Shown piece after piece: positions 36,617 to 48,216 of a stretch of 64,000 bases of DNA. This DNA comes from Fonticula alba ATCC 38817 (lineage: Eukaryota; Protista; Nucleariida). Under the pieces are notes generated by a model, which saw only the letters and a program-made list of their open reading frames with translations, was not told where the DNA came from and ran no database searches. A program made the translations under genes and the position numbers. Numbering within the stretch: the stretch's first letter is position 1; each line of letters starts with the position of its first letter. Where the stretch lies: assembly GCA_000388065.2 (NCBI GenBank), contig KB932201.1; one strand, written 5' to 3'.

Positions 36617-37627
36617 GGCTGGATAGTCTGGCCGCCTTTTTCTTTCTGTCTCCCACACACGCGCGTGGTTTCTCGCGTCACCGCGCTTTCTCACACTCTC
36701 AGGCTTGCAAAGGGGAAGTGCGGGTACCAGGTAGGGGCGGGCAGGGCATGCTCTGGGAGGGGAGGATAGGCTATGGATGTCCGGGGTCAGCCGGACAGCG
36801 GAGGCCGCGTCCGGTCCCCAAAAAAACAGGCAGGCCCCAGGCTGCAGTTTGACTTGGACATGGCCCGTTGGACCGCAGCTGCTTTTCCCATTCCCACCCC
36901 CCCCCCCCCCCCCCCCCCCCCTCGCCCTGCTCAATGTTGGGCGCAAGATCCGCTTTCGGTGGCGGGGCGTGCGCGTGCGATCGAGGTCGGCTCAACGCCA
37001 GGCTTCTGGCCCTGGGCCCCTCTCCCTCCGATTATGCCCGCGAGTGGTTTCTCCCCCCCCCCCCCGTCCAGTCACAGGCAGCTGGGGACGACATGCGTGC
37101 GCGCAGGCAATCGGCGACACGGCAGCCCGCCCGCGCCCCCCCATCACCAGCAGCACACACGCTTGGCGACCTGCCGACGGAACCCCCCGCCGTGCGGAGG
37201 GGAGAGTTCGATTATTAAAAGAGAGGGAAAGAAGAAAAGATGGTGTGGTGAACCAGAAGGCTCCAAAAATTCGTCTAGGCCCAGTTGAGCGAACCTCGCA
37301 TCAAGGCAATTCTAGTAAAAGGCGAAAATTGCATCTTTGGGATGTGAAGCTCAGGGCTGCTGGTGCAATGGGGATGAGCGGCCGAACCTTGGGGCCTAAA
37401 AGCAGTTGCTTTTCTCCGGCGGCGAGTGTTGGAAACTGGCGCCCTCTGAATATCACCTGACATGGACCAGGTTAAGAGCCCCCGCACCGCCAGCGCCTGG
37501 TGTTGGGTGGCTTCCAACTGCCCTCCCTCCCTGCCTCTCCCGCCCTCCCTCCTTGCCTGTCTCGCCCCCCTACCCGCTCTTTCCTTTTTTCCTCCTATCC
37601 GGCTTGCTGGGCTTCTCAACTCCGATA

Positions 37628-39697
37628 ATGTCCACACACTCGCGCATTATCATCGGGATGTCCGCCCTCACGGCGTCCTTCCTCTTCGTGGGCTCCTCCT
37701 TCAACGAGGTCCGCCACTGGGTGCGTGCCTTGGCCAGCCTGGCGCTCCCGGTGGCGCCTGGGTCTCCTGCTGCTGCCGCCGCCCTGCGCTCCCCTCTACT
37801 CACACTAAAGGCGTCCGCAAACACGCAAACACATGCACACACACACACACACACGCACACACGCGCGCGCGAGCCAGCCCTTCAATGGTCTGGCGACCGG
37901 GGTCTTGAAGATGTTCGACCCGGAGACCGCCCACAACCTGGCCCTGAAGGCGGCCGCCCGGGGCCTGGTCCCGGTGGATCGGCGTATGCCGGCCGGCGTG
38001 TACCGGACCCCCGAGGGCATCAGCGAATTTGCCGAGCCCCTGCTCAAGGACTATCGCGATCGGTCGCTGGAGACGCAGCTGTGCTCGCTGCGCATGGCCA
38101 GCCCAATCGGCCTGGCCGCCGGCTTCGACAAGGACTGCGTGGCTCCCTTCAATCTGGCGCGCGTGGGGTTCGGCGCCGTGGAGGTCGGCACCGTGACCCC
38201 GGAGCCACAGCCGGGCAACCCCCTGCCGCGTCTCTTCCGTCTGGAGGCCGATCGAGCCATCGTCAACCGGTTCGGGTTCAATAGCGCCGGCTTCACCGCG
38301 GTCTCGGAGTCCCTGCGCCAGCAGCGCCAAAAGCATGGGTAGGTCGTTGTTTCCGGTGCTCCGGGCCTTCGCTGGGCCCTACAGCAATGGACATGCCCCC
38401 CCCCCCCCCCATCCCCTGCTCCCATTGACCTTGCCTCCTTTCGCCTCCCACCCTCTGTTCCTCGGGCTCCCCCTTTCCACCCGTCAGCGAGGTGCAGCCG
38501 ACGGTTATCGGCGTCAATCTCGGCATCAACAAGACTACCACCGAGCAGGAGGCCCCGGCCGCCTATGCCCGAGGGATCTCCACCTTCGGCGACTTGGCCG
38601 ATTACTATGTCATCAATGTCTCCTCGCCCAATACCCCGGGGCTGCGCGATCTCCAGCACTCGGCTGCTCTGCGCAAGATCATCCAGTCGTCCCAGGCGGC
38701 GCGGTGCGTCCTTCACCCCTTTCCTCGCCATTTCCGTTGTCGGCACTTGGCCGGTCTCCTGCGAGCTGACTCCGTTCTCGATGCACGCCAGCACTGAGGC
38801 CGGCCTCAAGACCCCTATCTTCCTGAAGATCTCGCCCGATCTCAGCGCCGAGCAGCTCAAGGACATTTGCTCCCTGGCAATGGAGCTGTCCATCGACGGG
38901 ATGATCGTCTCCAACACCACCAGTGCGTGTGCCGTCCTGTTTTCTCGCCCCTCTCCTGGCCGGTCATGGGCCCACCGCCGGGTGTATTGGCTGCTTCTGT
39001 TCTCTCTCTCTCTCTCTCTCTCTCACTCTCTCTCCCCCTCCCCTCCCCCTCCTATCTACTCCCCTTGCCCCAGTTTCCCGTCCGGAGCACCTCACCTCGA
39101 GCGACGCGTCGGAGGCCGGTGGCCTCAGTGGCCAGCCGCTTTTCGATCGCTCCACCGAGATGCTGGGCCAGGTCTACCAGCTGACTGGTGGTGGTACGTC
39201 CTCTCTTCGCCTCGGCCCCTGGCCCCTTCCCCCCTGCCCGACACAGCGCCAGCCGCCTCTCCGGCCATCATGCCACTTACGCTCTTCCCCCCTCCCTCCC
39301 CCTACCTCTGCCGGATCCTTCTCCTCAGCCATCCCTCTCGTGGGTTGTGGCGGTGTTTCCAGTGGCATGGACGCCTTTGAGAAGATTGCCCACGGCGCCT
39401 CTTTTGTCCAGCTCTATTCGTCCCTCGTGCTGGATGGCCCGCGTGTGGTTTCCCGCATCAAGGACGACCTTGTTGGTATGTGTTCCTTTTCTCGATCCGG
39501 CGGATAGCCGCAATTCACTAAGCCTCCCTCCTCCTCCCCCCCTCCCCCCTGTCTCTCTTCATCCCCTCGACATAGTGATTCTCCGCGAGAAGGGCTTCGA
39601 GTCTGTGTCCGAGGCAGTGGGGAGCAAGTTCCGCGCGCCGGTTGATGCTGCTGCCGCTGCTACTGCTACTGCCAAGTTGGAGGTGGGTTCCGAGTAG
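37628..39697 (+). CDS. DHODH: Class 2 (quinone-dependent, mitochondrial) dihydroorotate dehydrogenase, multi-exon
   Basis: N-terminal hydrophobic anchor, then FDPETAH, PIGLAAGFDK, EVGTVTPEPQPGNPLPRLFRL, NRFGFNS, VINVSSPNTPGLRDLQ, LKISPDL, SNTT, GGLSGQPL, GCGGVSSG, ASFVQLYS. Confidence 0.97.
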
Positions 39698-40103
39698 TGC
39701 CCATCATCATGCTGGCTCCCCCTCTCCCCGCCGGCCATCAGCCCCCCTTCCTTGTTCCTCTCAGACATCGGGCGTCTCCTGGCCGATGCGCTGACCCTGG
39801 CTCGTGTGACTCTCATAGATCGCACATGGGATCACAGACTCCCCCCCCCCCCCTCTCTCTCTCTCTCCCCTGAATGTAGATTACCATATGTGTACAGACT
39901 CCGCCGGAAGTCGGCTTCCCCGTCAATATGGTACACTGGCCCGGAGCCCGGGAGGCCCTATTCTGAATAGGCGTCCTTACCTCGGTGCAACCCAAGCAGC
40001 CTGAAAAGCGGGACGACAACGGTGAAGCCCGGCGCCCATCGTCCTCCCTGAAGCCCGGCGCGGGCAGAGATGGACATGCTGGCACGCGCCCCGGACCCAA
40101 AGG

Positions 40104-40333
40104 NNNNNNNNNNNNNNNNNNNNNNNNNNNNNNNNNNNNNNNNNNNNNNNNNNNNNNNNNNNNNNNNNNNNNNNNNNNNNNNNNNNNNNNNNNNNNNNNN
40201 NNNNNNNNNNNNNNNNNNNNNNNNNNNNNNNNNNNNNNNNNNNNNNNNNNNNNNNNNNNNNNNNNNNNNNNNNNNNNNNNNNNNNNNNNNNNNNNNNNNN
40301 NNNNNNNNNNNNNNNNNNNNNNNNNNNNNNNNN
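40104..40333. other. Assembly gap (230 N)
   Basis: N characters. Confidence 0.99.
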
Positions 40334-40734
40334 CGCGTGGGGAGGCCGGATGGTAGCATGGCGCGAGGTGGGGTCAATGTGGACATGCCACGCTGCTTCC
40401 CGAGGCACAGCACCGGGGCTCAGGTGCCAGATTGCGTGCGTTGCTGCGGGCCGACGCACTGAGATCGGGCGTGGTTGGCTTTTGCCTGCCGGCCAGGCAG
40501 CTAGTCTGGGCCCGGATTCGGGCAGGTAATGTTGCCAGCGGCAGTGGTCACCAGGGGGCATCAGTCCCAAAGGCGGCATTCATGAGAAAGGAAGTGCCAT
40601 TCGCATGAAGTGCCATCCACAACCCCCTCCCTTTCCCCCTTTTTCGTGGTACATTGACATCCTTCTCCCCCGAGGACCACCTCCCCTGGACTGGAATTCT
40701 CCCGGTCGTGCTCCCCCTCGCCTTCCTCCTCGCC

Positions 40735-42757
40735 ATGTCGCACAACCACCAGCTCCCAACAGCTGGGAGCTATCTCGGTGGCGGGTTCGGTCCAATGAAG
40801 CCGGAAGTCCATCCGCAGCAGCAGCAGCAGCAGCCGCAGCAGCATTAGCAGCCGTCGCAGCAGCAGCAGCAGCAGCTCGGTCACGGCGGAAAGATGGCCG
40901 AACCTCTGGCCAACCCCCTGCCCCAAATGGGCGGCCACACGTCATCCGTCGAGCAGGTCCCATATGCGGACCGCGGCCCGGCCGGGGTCGAGGGCTTTCG
41001 GCCATACTTTCAGCAACACCAACTGTCCGAGGGCCCAATGCATGGAGCCGGTCCGGCGACGATGAGCCATGCTGCGGGCTACTTCCCGCCTCCGATGCAC
41101 CCCCAGGGTGGCGGAGCTGTAGCCTACGCCGGAGACCGGGCATTCGAGTACATGCCCATGCCGGATGCAGGCCCGCGCCATGCCCCGGGCCCGGGGGGAT
41201 TCAGTGCCACTGGCCAGTCCCTGGCCGGGGTGCCTGGCGCCGGCGGCTTCATGCAGCATTTGGGCCCGGCGGAGGCGGCCATCCAGCACTCGGGCCTCGA
41301 AAACATGCCCGAGCGCCAGGCCGCCGGCCTGTCTCCCTGGGTCCGGAGTGGTGATGAGGAAATCGACCGGGCCGATGCGGAAGCCGCGGCGGCTGTGCGT
41401 AGCGGCACAGCCGGCGCCCTTGGCCAAATGCGACCCATGAAAAGTACGCCGTGTATATGGCAGGCATCCGGGCTTCGGCNNNNNNNNNNNNNNNNNNNNN
41501 NNNNNNNNNNNNNNNNNNNNNNNNCCCGGAATGTCTAACCCCCCTGTCACGACACCTTGCAAGGCTTCGTTGCGCCGACCTTTGCCAGTGCGGCGAGTTG
41601 TTTGCCCCTTCGCTTGCGAGCCGTGCGCTTCCACAATCTCCAGTCTGGCGATGTGTTCTTCGAGTCACCGGCCCCGGCGTCGGTGTTGCCGCCGCCGCTT
41701 GGCACCGCCGCCCCGCCACGGCTGAACTCCTGGCCCGAGCCGAGCGACAAGGGCTCGGACTCCGGGGCGCGCCCGGGCGCAGGCGACCAAGGTCCTGCGG
41801 GCGATCAGACCGATGCCCTGGACCCGGCCCACGGTTGGATGCCTCGCAACCAGCTCTTTGTCTACACCTTTGCTCGAGAGGAATTGGCCTCCGGCGGCAT
41901 GGACGCCGTGGCTGTATCGTACGTGCTCCCAAGGCCCGCGCTTTGGTTTGCCCGTTTCTTCGAGGGAGTCTGCTTTCCCACCTGCTATGGATAACCCGTG
42001 GGATGTGATTCGCCACTGACATGTCTCCCTCCCTCTCTCCATGGCCTTATCTTTTGCTTTCTCCTTCCTCTTCGCCCCTTTGGCTGCTCTCTTGAGTTCA
42101 GTTTGACCTTGGAGTCCGGCGAGAAGGGCTTTCGCAATCTCCGCCTGATTGAGACATTCTTCCACCACCCGCGGGCGAATGCTTCGTCCACCTCACCGAA
42201 GGCGGGTGCCATGGCAAACCCGAAGTCTGAGCCCGACATGACTGCGCCCGGAGGAGGCCCCGCCGCCGGCGCGGATGACACGGCCACTGGGCCACCGCCG
42301 CGCGTCCTTCGGAGGTTCTCCTTCTCTCATGGCCGAGTGCCACCGAAGGCTGTCCTGCGATGGGACACTGTTTATGATAGCCTAGCACCCACCTTCGCCC
42401 AGTTGCTCGGTGCGTGGACCTGATCATTGTATCGGGACTTGCCCTTGCCTCAGGGCCCCATCCTCCTGCCGGCTTGTGTCCTGCTGCTCGGCGTGTGGCG
42501 ATCTAACCCCTCTTTTTTTCTCTCTCTCTCTCTCCCTCGCCCCCGCCCTGCTCGTCGCCGTCGTCGAACCCCCCCCCCCAACCCAACCGCCAGAGGCCCC
42601 TCACCTGCTGGCAGACGATGATGGAGAGATCCGCATCTATGGGGACGCTTTCTTGTATGATGAGGAGGAGCTGATTGCACACAACAAGTGTGTCGTCTCT
42701 CTGGCTCCAGATCCCTCGCAATCGAACCCCTTCGATTTGGATGTCTTCGATGGCTGA
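40735..42757 (+). CDS. UNC119: UNC119-like (GMP_PDE_delta fold) lipid-binding protein with a low-complexity N-terminus; starts at 40735 (interrupted by TAG at 40846-40848) or at 40894
   Basis: Introns 41444-41563, 41919-42101 and 42410-42614 keep frame. The segments LRAVRFHNLQSGDVFFE, LFVYTF, FRNLRLIETFF, VLRRFSFSHG and DAFLYDEEELIAHNK align by eye with the UNC119 segments RFKIRDxxSGxVLFE, FVRYxF, FRMIERHYF, LLKSFDFxFG and DSFYFVDxxLVMHNK. Confidence 0.7.
41480..41524. other. Assembly gap inside intron 1 of the UNC119-like gene
   Basis: N characters between a GTACGC donor and a CTAAC branch site/AAG acceptor. Confidence 0.95.
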
Positions 42758-43786
42758 CGAACATGTGCGCTGTCGCGTACACCCCCAGACACACATGCAC
42801 GCGCATACACGGGCGCACAGTGATGGGTGGTTCTCTCCGGTCCAGGCGGAGAATCAGGTGAGGGAGGAGGCCAGGAGGCTAGCCTGCATGTGTGTGTGCA
42901 TTAGGCTTCCACTAGCCCCCCCCCCCCCCCCCCCCCCCCGCCGCCCCGCCCGCGCGGCGTCCCCCCCTCGCCACCCACAACAACCACAACACATCACCAG
43001 GCTGACCCGGAGCGCGGCGGGGGGCGACGAGGGAGGGGGCTGGAAGATCGGCCGATGTCAATAGTCCCAACGCACCGGCGCTTGGCAATGCCGCATCTGC
43101 ATCTCCAAGCAAGCCGGCGTCTTGCGCACTCTGGGTGCGCCGGGGGGGGGGCTGTGAATAAGAGGGGGGAGCGAGAGGGAGCCGACACAAGGGGGAAGGG
43201 GAAGAAGTCGCACTTGCTGAGCGACAAGATGACAACCGCCCGCGGAGATGACTGCCCGGGGTTTGGGGCGCGTACCGGGCGCGCGCGAATCCGAGGGGCC
43301 CCCCGAGTCCTGAGGATGTCTGCTTGGGCTGGAAGGCGGCGTGTGATCGGCGGAGTTCCTCGGATGGCTGTCTGTCGCGGGGTGATTGGCTTGTGAAAGC
43401 CTAGACCAGCGGCCGGGGTCCTCTCGGTGTGTCGCAGGCCTCCTCCCTGCGCATGAGTACGCGCGTGTGTAGCTTTGCTTGGACAGCACCGATGTGATGT
43501 GTCAGGTCTCGGGCCGCGAGCGTGCGGCAGATGCCTTTGCCACCTCTTCTTGTGGTCCCAGAGCCAGCTCGCCGGGTTGACGACGGCAACTCCCCCCCCC
43601 CTCTCCCCCCTCCCTCTTAGGCTTATTGCCCTCGCCACTGACAGACTCTCCTCTCTCTGTCTCTGTCTCTCTCTGTTTCTCTGTCTCTCTCTCTGTCTCT
43701 CTTTCTTTCTCTCTCTCTCTCTCTCTCTCCCCTTTCACCCACCCCGCCCTTGGCCCCTGTCCGGCCTTCCCCAACACCGCGGTAGA

Positions 43787-45170
43787 ATGGCTCGAACAAC
43801 TGTGTTGGTGCGCGGTCGTCGCCGACCGCTGGGGGTCTGCCTGGCTTTCCCGGCCCTCCTAATACTTGCCCTGCTCGGGTCTTGGGTGGCGGCCTCCCCG
43901 CGTGCCCGGGCCCCGACCGGGTACGATGTCCTTCCGCCGGCGCGCCTGTCTCCGGCCGATCGGACCTTGGTCGCGCAGATGGAATGTATGTGCACCTCTA
44001 TCTTTCTTTCTCCCCCCCCCCCTCTCTCTCTCTCTCCCTTTCCCTCCTTCCCTCACCTCCTCTTGTGAGTCCCGCCCCCTCTCTACTCTCCCATGGCTTC
44101 CCTCACTCACGTCCATCACCTCCCATGCGTCTCGCGCAGCCGACATCATCGCCCAGACCAAGCCGGCGCGCGCCGAGTGCACTGGCCAGGATGATGGCTG
44201 CCTTTTCTGGAACACATTTAAGACCGCCAAGCCGGTGGCCGATCAGCGCCTCATGAAAACCCAGCTCCTAGGCCATGTGCACCGGCAGTTGGCCGAGATT
44301 GGTGGCGCCTCCATGCCCGGGGTGTCGGTAGCCAAGTCTCGGCAGCTGGACCAGCCCGGGGCCGTGGTCGAGCATATTGCGGAAATCCTGCGCCAGTCGC
44401 CGAAGGTATGTCTCTTCGCGGGCCGTCCCTCCTGCCGCCCCCCGTGCCGCCCTCTCGCCGCTCGCCCCTGCACGGTTTGCCGTGGCCCCCTTCTCACCCT
44501 GCCCTTGGCTGGCGAATGGCACGCAGGTCCGCATTGTGTTTGATATTTACAACATCATGGAGGATCCGCTGAATGAGGAGGAGATCCGCAACACCTTGCT
44601 ACGCTTTTGCGAAGATGTGGAGCTGGTCGAAGTCCAGGCCGACCAGGCCCCCGCGGTGGCCAGCGATGCGGATCTCCGCTGGTCGCCGGATGCCCCGTAT
44701 GCCTTCCAATGCATGGTTCGCATGATGCCGGTGCCGACCACCCTGGCCGAAAATACGGTCCGCGCTCTGCGCTTTGAGTCTATGGGCGAAGTGTCTGGCG
44801 ATGTGCCTGAGGTCCGCCGCTCGTGGTGACTCCATGTCCCCCTCCTTTGGCCATCCCTCGGCTAACGATCACCCGCTGTCCTCCCCCCCTGTCGCCCTCG
44901 TGTTTCCCTGGTACATCTTCTTCGATTGGCAGTCTCTCGAGCACAACTTCATCGCCTTCCACCAGGAGGCCATGTCGAAGGAGAATGACCCGGCGCGCGT
45001 GTCGGTCTTCCTCCTATCCAGCGAACTCATGCTGCAGGGCTCAAACCTGCACTATTGGCCAGACTGCTTCGGCACCAATGTCGGCTGCATGGGCACTGTG
45101 CGCACCCGGTCTCCTGCCTGCTGTCACGCCCTGCCATTTGCATGGCCCTTTCCTGTCCTCTCCCCCCCCC

Positions 45171-45201
<31 letters not shown>

Positions 45202-47856
45202 CCACTCGCGAGGGAAGGCTAACCCTCCCTCTCGCTTCGTGCATCCCGCCCATCTCGCTTCCCTGTCCAGAGCGCCCCCATCTTCTGGCTGGACACCAGC
45301 CGTACGGATGCCTTCTCCGAGTGCAAGGACTGCCCCGAGCTTACGCGGTCCCTGCTGCGACTGATCACCACCAGCCTGAGCCCCGTGGCCCCGGAGCAGT
45401 TCCTCCTGCCACAGTATGACCTGCATACGCACCACGGCCACGATGGGTCGGATGGGGATCATCAACACCACGAGGATGATGGTGCGGCCGTGACAGACGA
45501 GTTGTTCCTGGAGTTCGCGGACCAGCACCAGTCGGCCAGCGGCGGGTCCGGCGGGTCGCGCGGGCATGGTGACACCCTCACAGCCTGGGCCCTGGCCGAG
45601 GTGGCCCGGTCGCTCGGCGCGCCGCGGTACACCGGCGACGGGTCTCACAGCGACCCGGTAACGGTGCGCTTCATCCCGCTGATTGTCGGCGATGGCGCTG
45701 GCGACGTCTCCAAGGGCGATTGCAACCTGCCGAATGAGGCATTCATGCGCGGTGCAGTCAGTGGGCTTGGTGACATTGCGGCCACTTTGTGGCCCTCTGC
45801 CGACCCCTCGCCACGGGCCGTCCTGGATACCCAGTCCTCGTCCCAGCATGAGCGGCTGGCAGCCACCTTCGCTCGATTGGTGGCCTCAGCCACATCCAAG
45901 GAGGTATGTGAATGCATGTGCTCAGCAGCGCCATGCACCGGCTTGCGTGGCGATTTCGGCTTGCAAAGGGGGGAATACGGTATCCCTGCCTGTGGTCCTC
46001 TGACGCGCTGCCTGCTGCTGATCCTTGCCAGCGCCTAAATGGCCGAGTTCTGCACTCGCTGATGGATAGCAATGACGATGTGTTCGATTATGGTTCGTCT
46101 TGCCTCTCTTGTTTTTCTGCACCTTGCCTCTCTCCCTTGTTTTTTTTTTCTCTCTCTCTCTCTCTCTCCCTCCCTCTGCCCCTCTGCCCCTCTCTGGCCC
46201 TGTCCCTGGGGGCGGGGCACTCTCTTCACCCTCGGATTCCTTCTTTTCTTGGCTCCGCCTTTGTCTCACTTACTGTTCTCCTCGTCCTTGAACTTCGCAA
46301 TGTGACCCTGCAGAGTCCAAGCTCCATGGGACATCGCGCAAATCGTCCAACATCATCAACATCTACTGGCTCTGTGGAACCCGTTTCGACACTACGGCTG
46401 CCGTACGCACACCCCGCAGCTCCTCTCGTGCGAGTAGAATGCCTGGCCGTGCGATTGACCGTTCTCGCCCCCCCCCCTCCCCCCCCCTCGATCGGGCGCC
46501 TTGTGCATCGCGCGCAGTTCGATGTGTCCGAAAACCGCATCATCATCGCTTCCGGAAGGGCACTGTTCGTTTGATACATCCGCCTGCCGTTCGGGCCATG
46601 TCCCAGAAACTGACCCCCCCCCCTCCTCCCCTCGTTGATCATGCGCGAATGCCACGCCTTCGCAGTAACCAAAGCCGCCTGACCCTTGTACTGGTGCAGA
46701 CTTACTTCAAGGTGGCCACCGAGCTGTACGTGGCCGGTCCCCTGCGGGGCTCTTGGATTAGGCCAGACGCCCCCCCCCCCCCCCCCCCCCCCGTCACACT
46801 AACCAGGGGTTCCTCTCGCGCTCCAATCACAGGGTCGTGCCTGACATTGGCCCCTCCCTGCGGGAGAAGCTGCCTTGGATCGTCCGGTGCTCCATCGCCC
46901 GGAAGTCCTGGCTCGCGGCCGGGCTGAAGCGCACCGCCCATGCGGCAGCCATGGAAGCCCGCCATACTGCCGTGCGCATGCCTCGGTGGGGGAAGCCTCT
47001 TTGCCTTGCCTCCTTCTCCGGGATCCTAACAACCATTGTGCATTCTCCCTTGCCTGAACCCCGTGCAGGATCTTACGGACTTCCCCCTTAATGACCAGGA
47101 TGTTGCAGTGCGTGTGTATTGGCCTCGTGTTCCCCCATGAATCCCGTCTGCTGACTCTCTTACGCTTGTCGGGCCCTTTGTCTTCCTTCTCGCACCACCG
47201 GGCACGCTTCTTCCTCTTCCCCAACAAGGATCTGGCTCTCCTGGTGTCGCGGCATTATCTCGGGCTTCTGCGGACCGTGGAGCAGATTTCTCCCGGACGC
47301 TGCGCCCGGCCCATTGACCTGGCTGACCCCGATCGCCCGGATACCTTCATCCACTCGACGCCGGTCATTGCCGTTGACACTATCCTCGCCCATGGGTGCG
47401 GTCGCGGTTGATTGTTTGCAGACCCCGCCCCCCCCCCCTCTCTCTCTCTCTCTCTCTGCTTCTCTCTCCCTCTCTCTTTGTCGTTCTCCTCCCCCCGTCG
47501 TACAGGGAAAACTTCTTCCTAACTTCTTTTGCATCCCTCTCCGCCCGCCCCGCCCCGCCCCGCCCCGCCCCGCCCCACTCAACCACCTCGCCTCCTGTTC
47601 GGTGCTCCTCAGTGCCCTGATGGATCTCTTCCACAAGACCGCCTACCTGTCACTCATGGCACGAGTCAAGAAGTTGAGTGGCTCGATCCCGGACTTCATG
47701 AAACGTCCAGCCCTGGAGGCCCTGGCCGGCCGTGGCAAGGGTGCTCTTGTTCAGCGGGTGGCCATTCTGCTGGCGGTCGTTGTGGTGGTGGGCCTGGTGC
47801 TCAACAAGCTCCTCACCCGGCGTCGTGGGCTGGTCGCGCGCATGAAGATCAACTGA
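43787..47856 (+). CDS. Uncharacterised secretory-pathway membrane protein (N-terminal signal/TM, large luminal domain, C-terminal TM), about 11 exons
   Basis: A chain of GT-AG-bounded exons runs from MARTTVLV...LAFPALLILALLGSWVAA to ...VAILLAVVVVVGLVLNKLLTRRRGLVARMKIN*. Some internal junctions at 46500-46830 are ambiguous. Confidence 0.72.
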
Positions 47857-48216
47857 TGATGGCTGTGATCCCCTTCCCTTGCCACAGCAACACACGCGCA
47901 CAGCCTTCCGTGGGGGCCCAAGTGTCCTAAAAAGTGTCCCCCCCCCCCCCCCACCGGCGAGTTCTGTGCCAGAATACAGCCCCCTTTTTTTGTCATCCAC
48001 TGTGAGTTGGTCTTTTTATTTCGCAAACTAGCGTAGGTCACGCCAGAGGAGAGCGGGGCCGAGCCGCGGAGTGTGTGGTCGCAAGAGCCAAAGCACGCTC
48101 CAGTCGATATGCAAGCGCGGTCGCACACACACACACACACACACAGACAGACAGAGCCATTGGTGGCCCTTTCACAAAGATGCAAGGCATGGCAGAGACA
48201 TTCGAGGGATCACCAC

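Noticed and set aside
40846-40848. Genome-wide TAG-to-Gln recoding
   Set aside because: VPS36 and DHODH end in TAG at their expected C-termini, and no other conserved gene here has an internal TAG.
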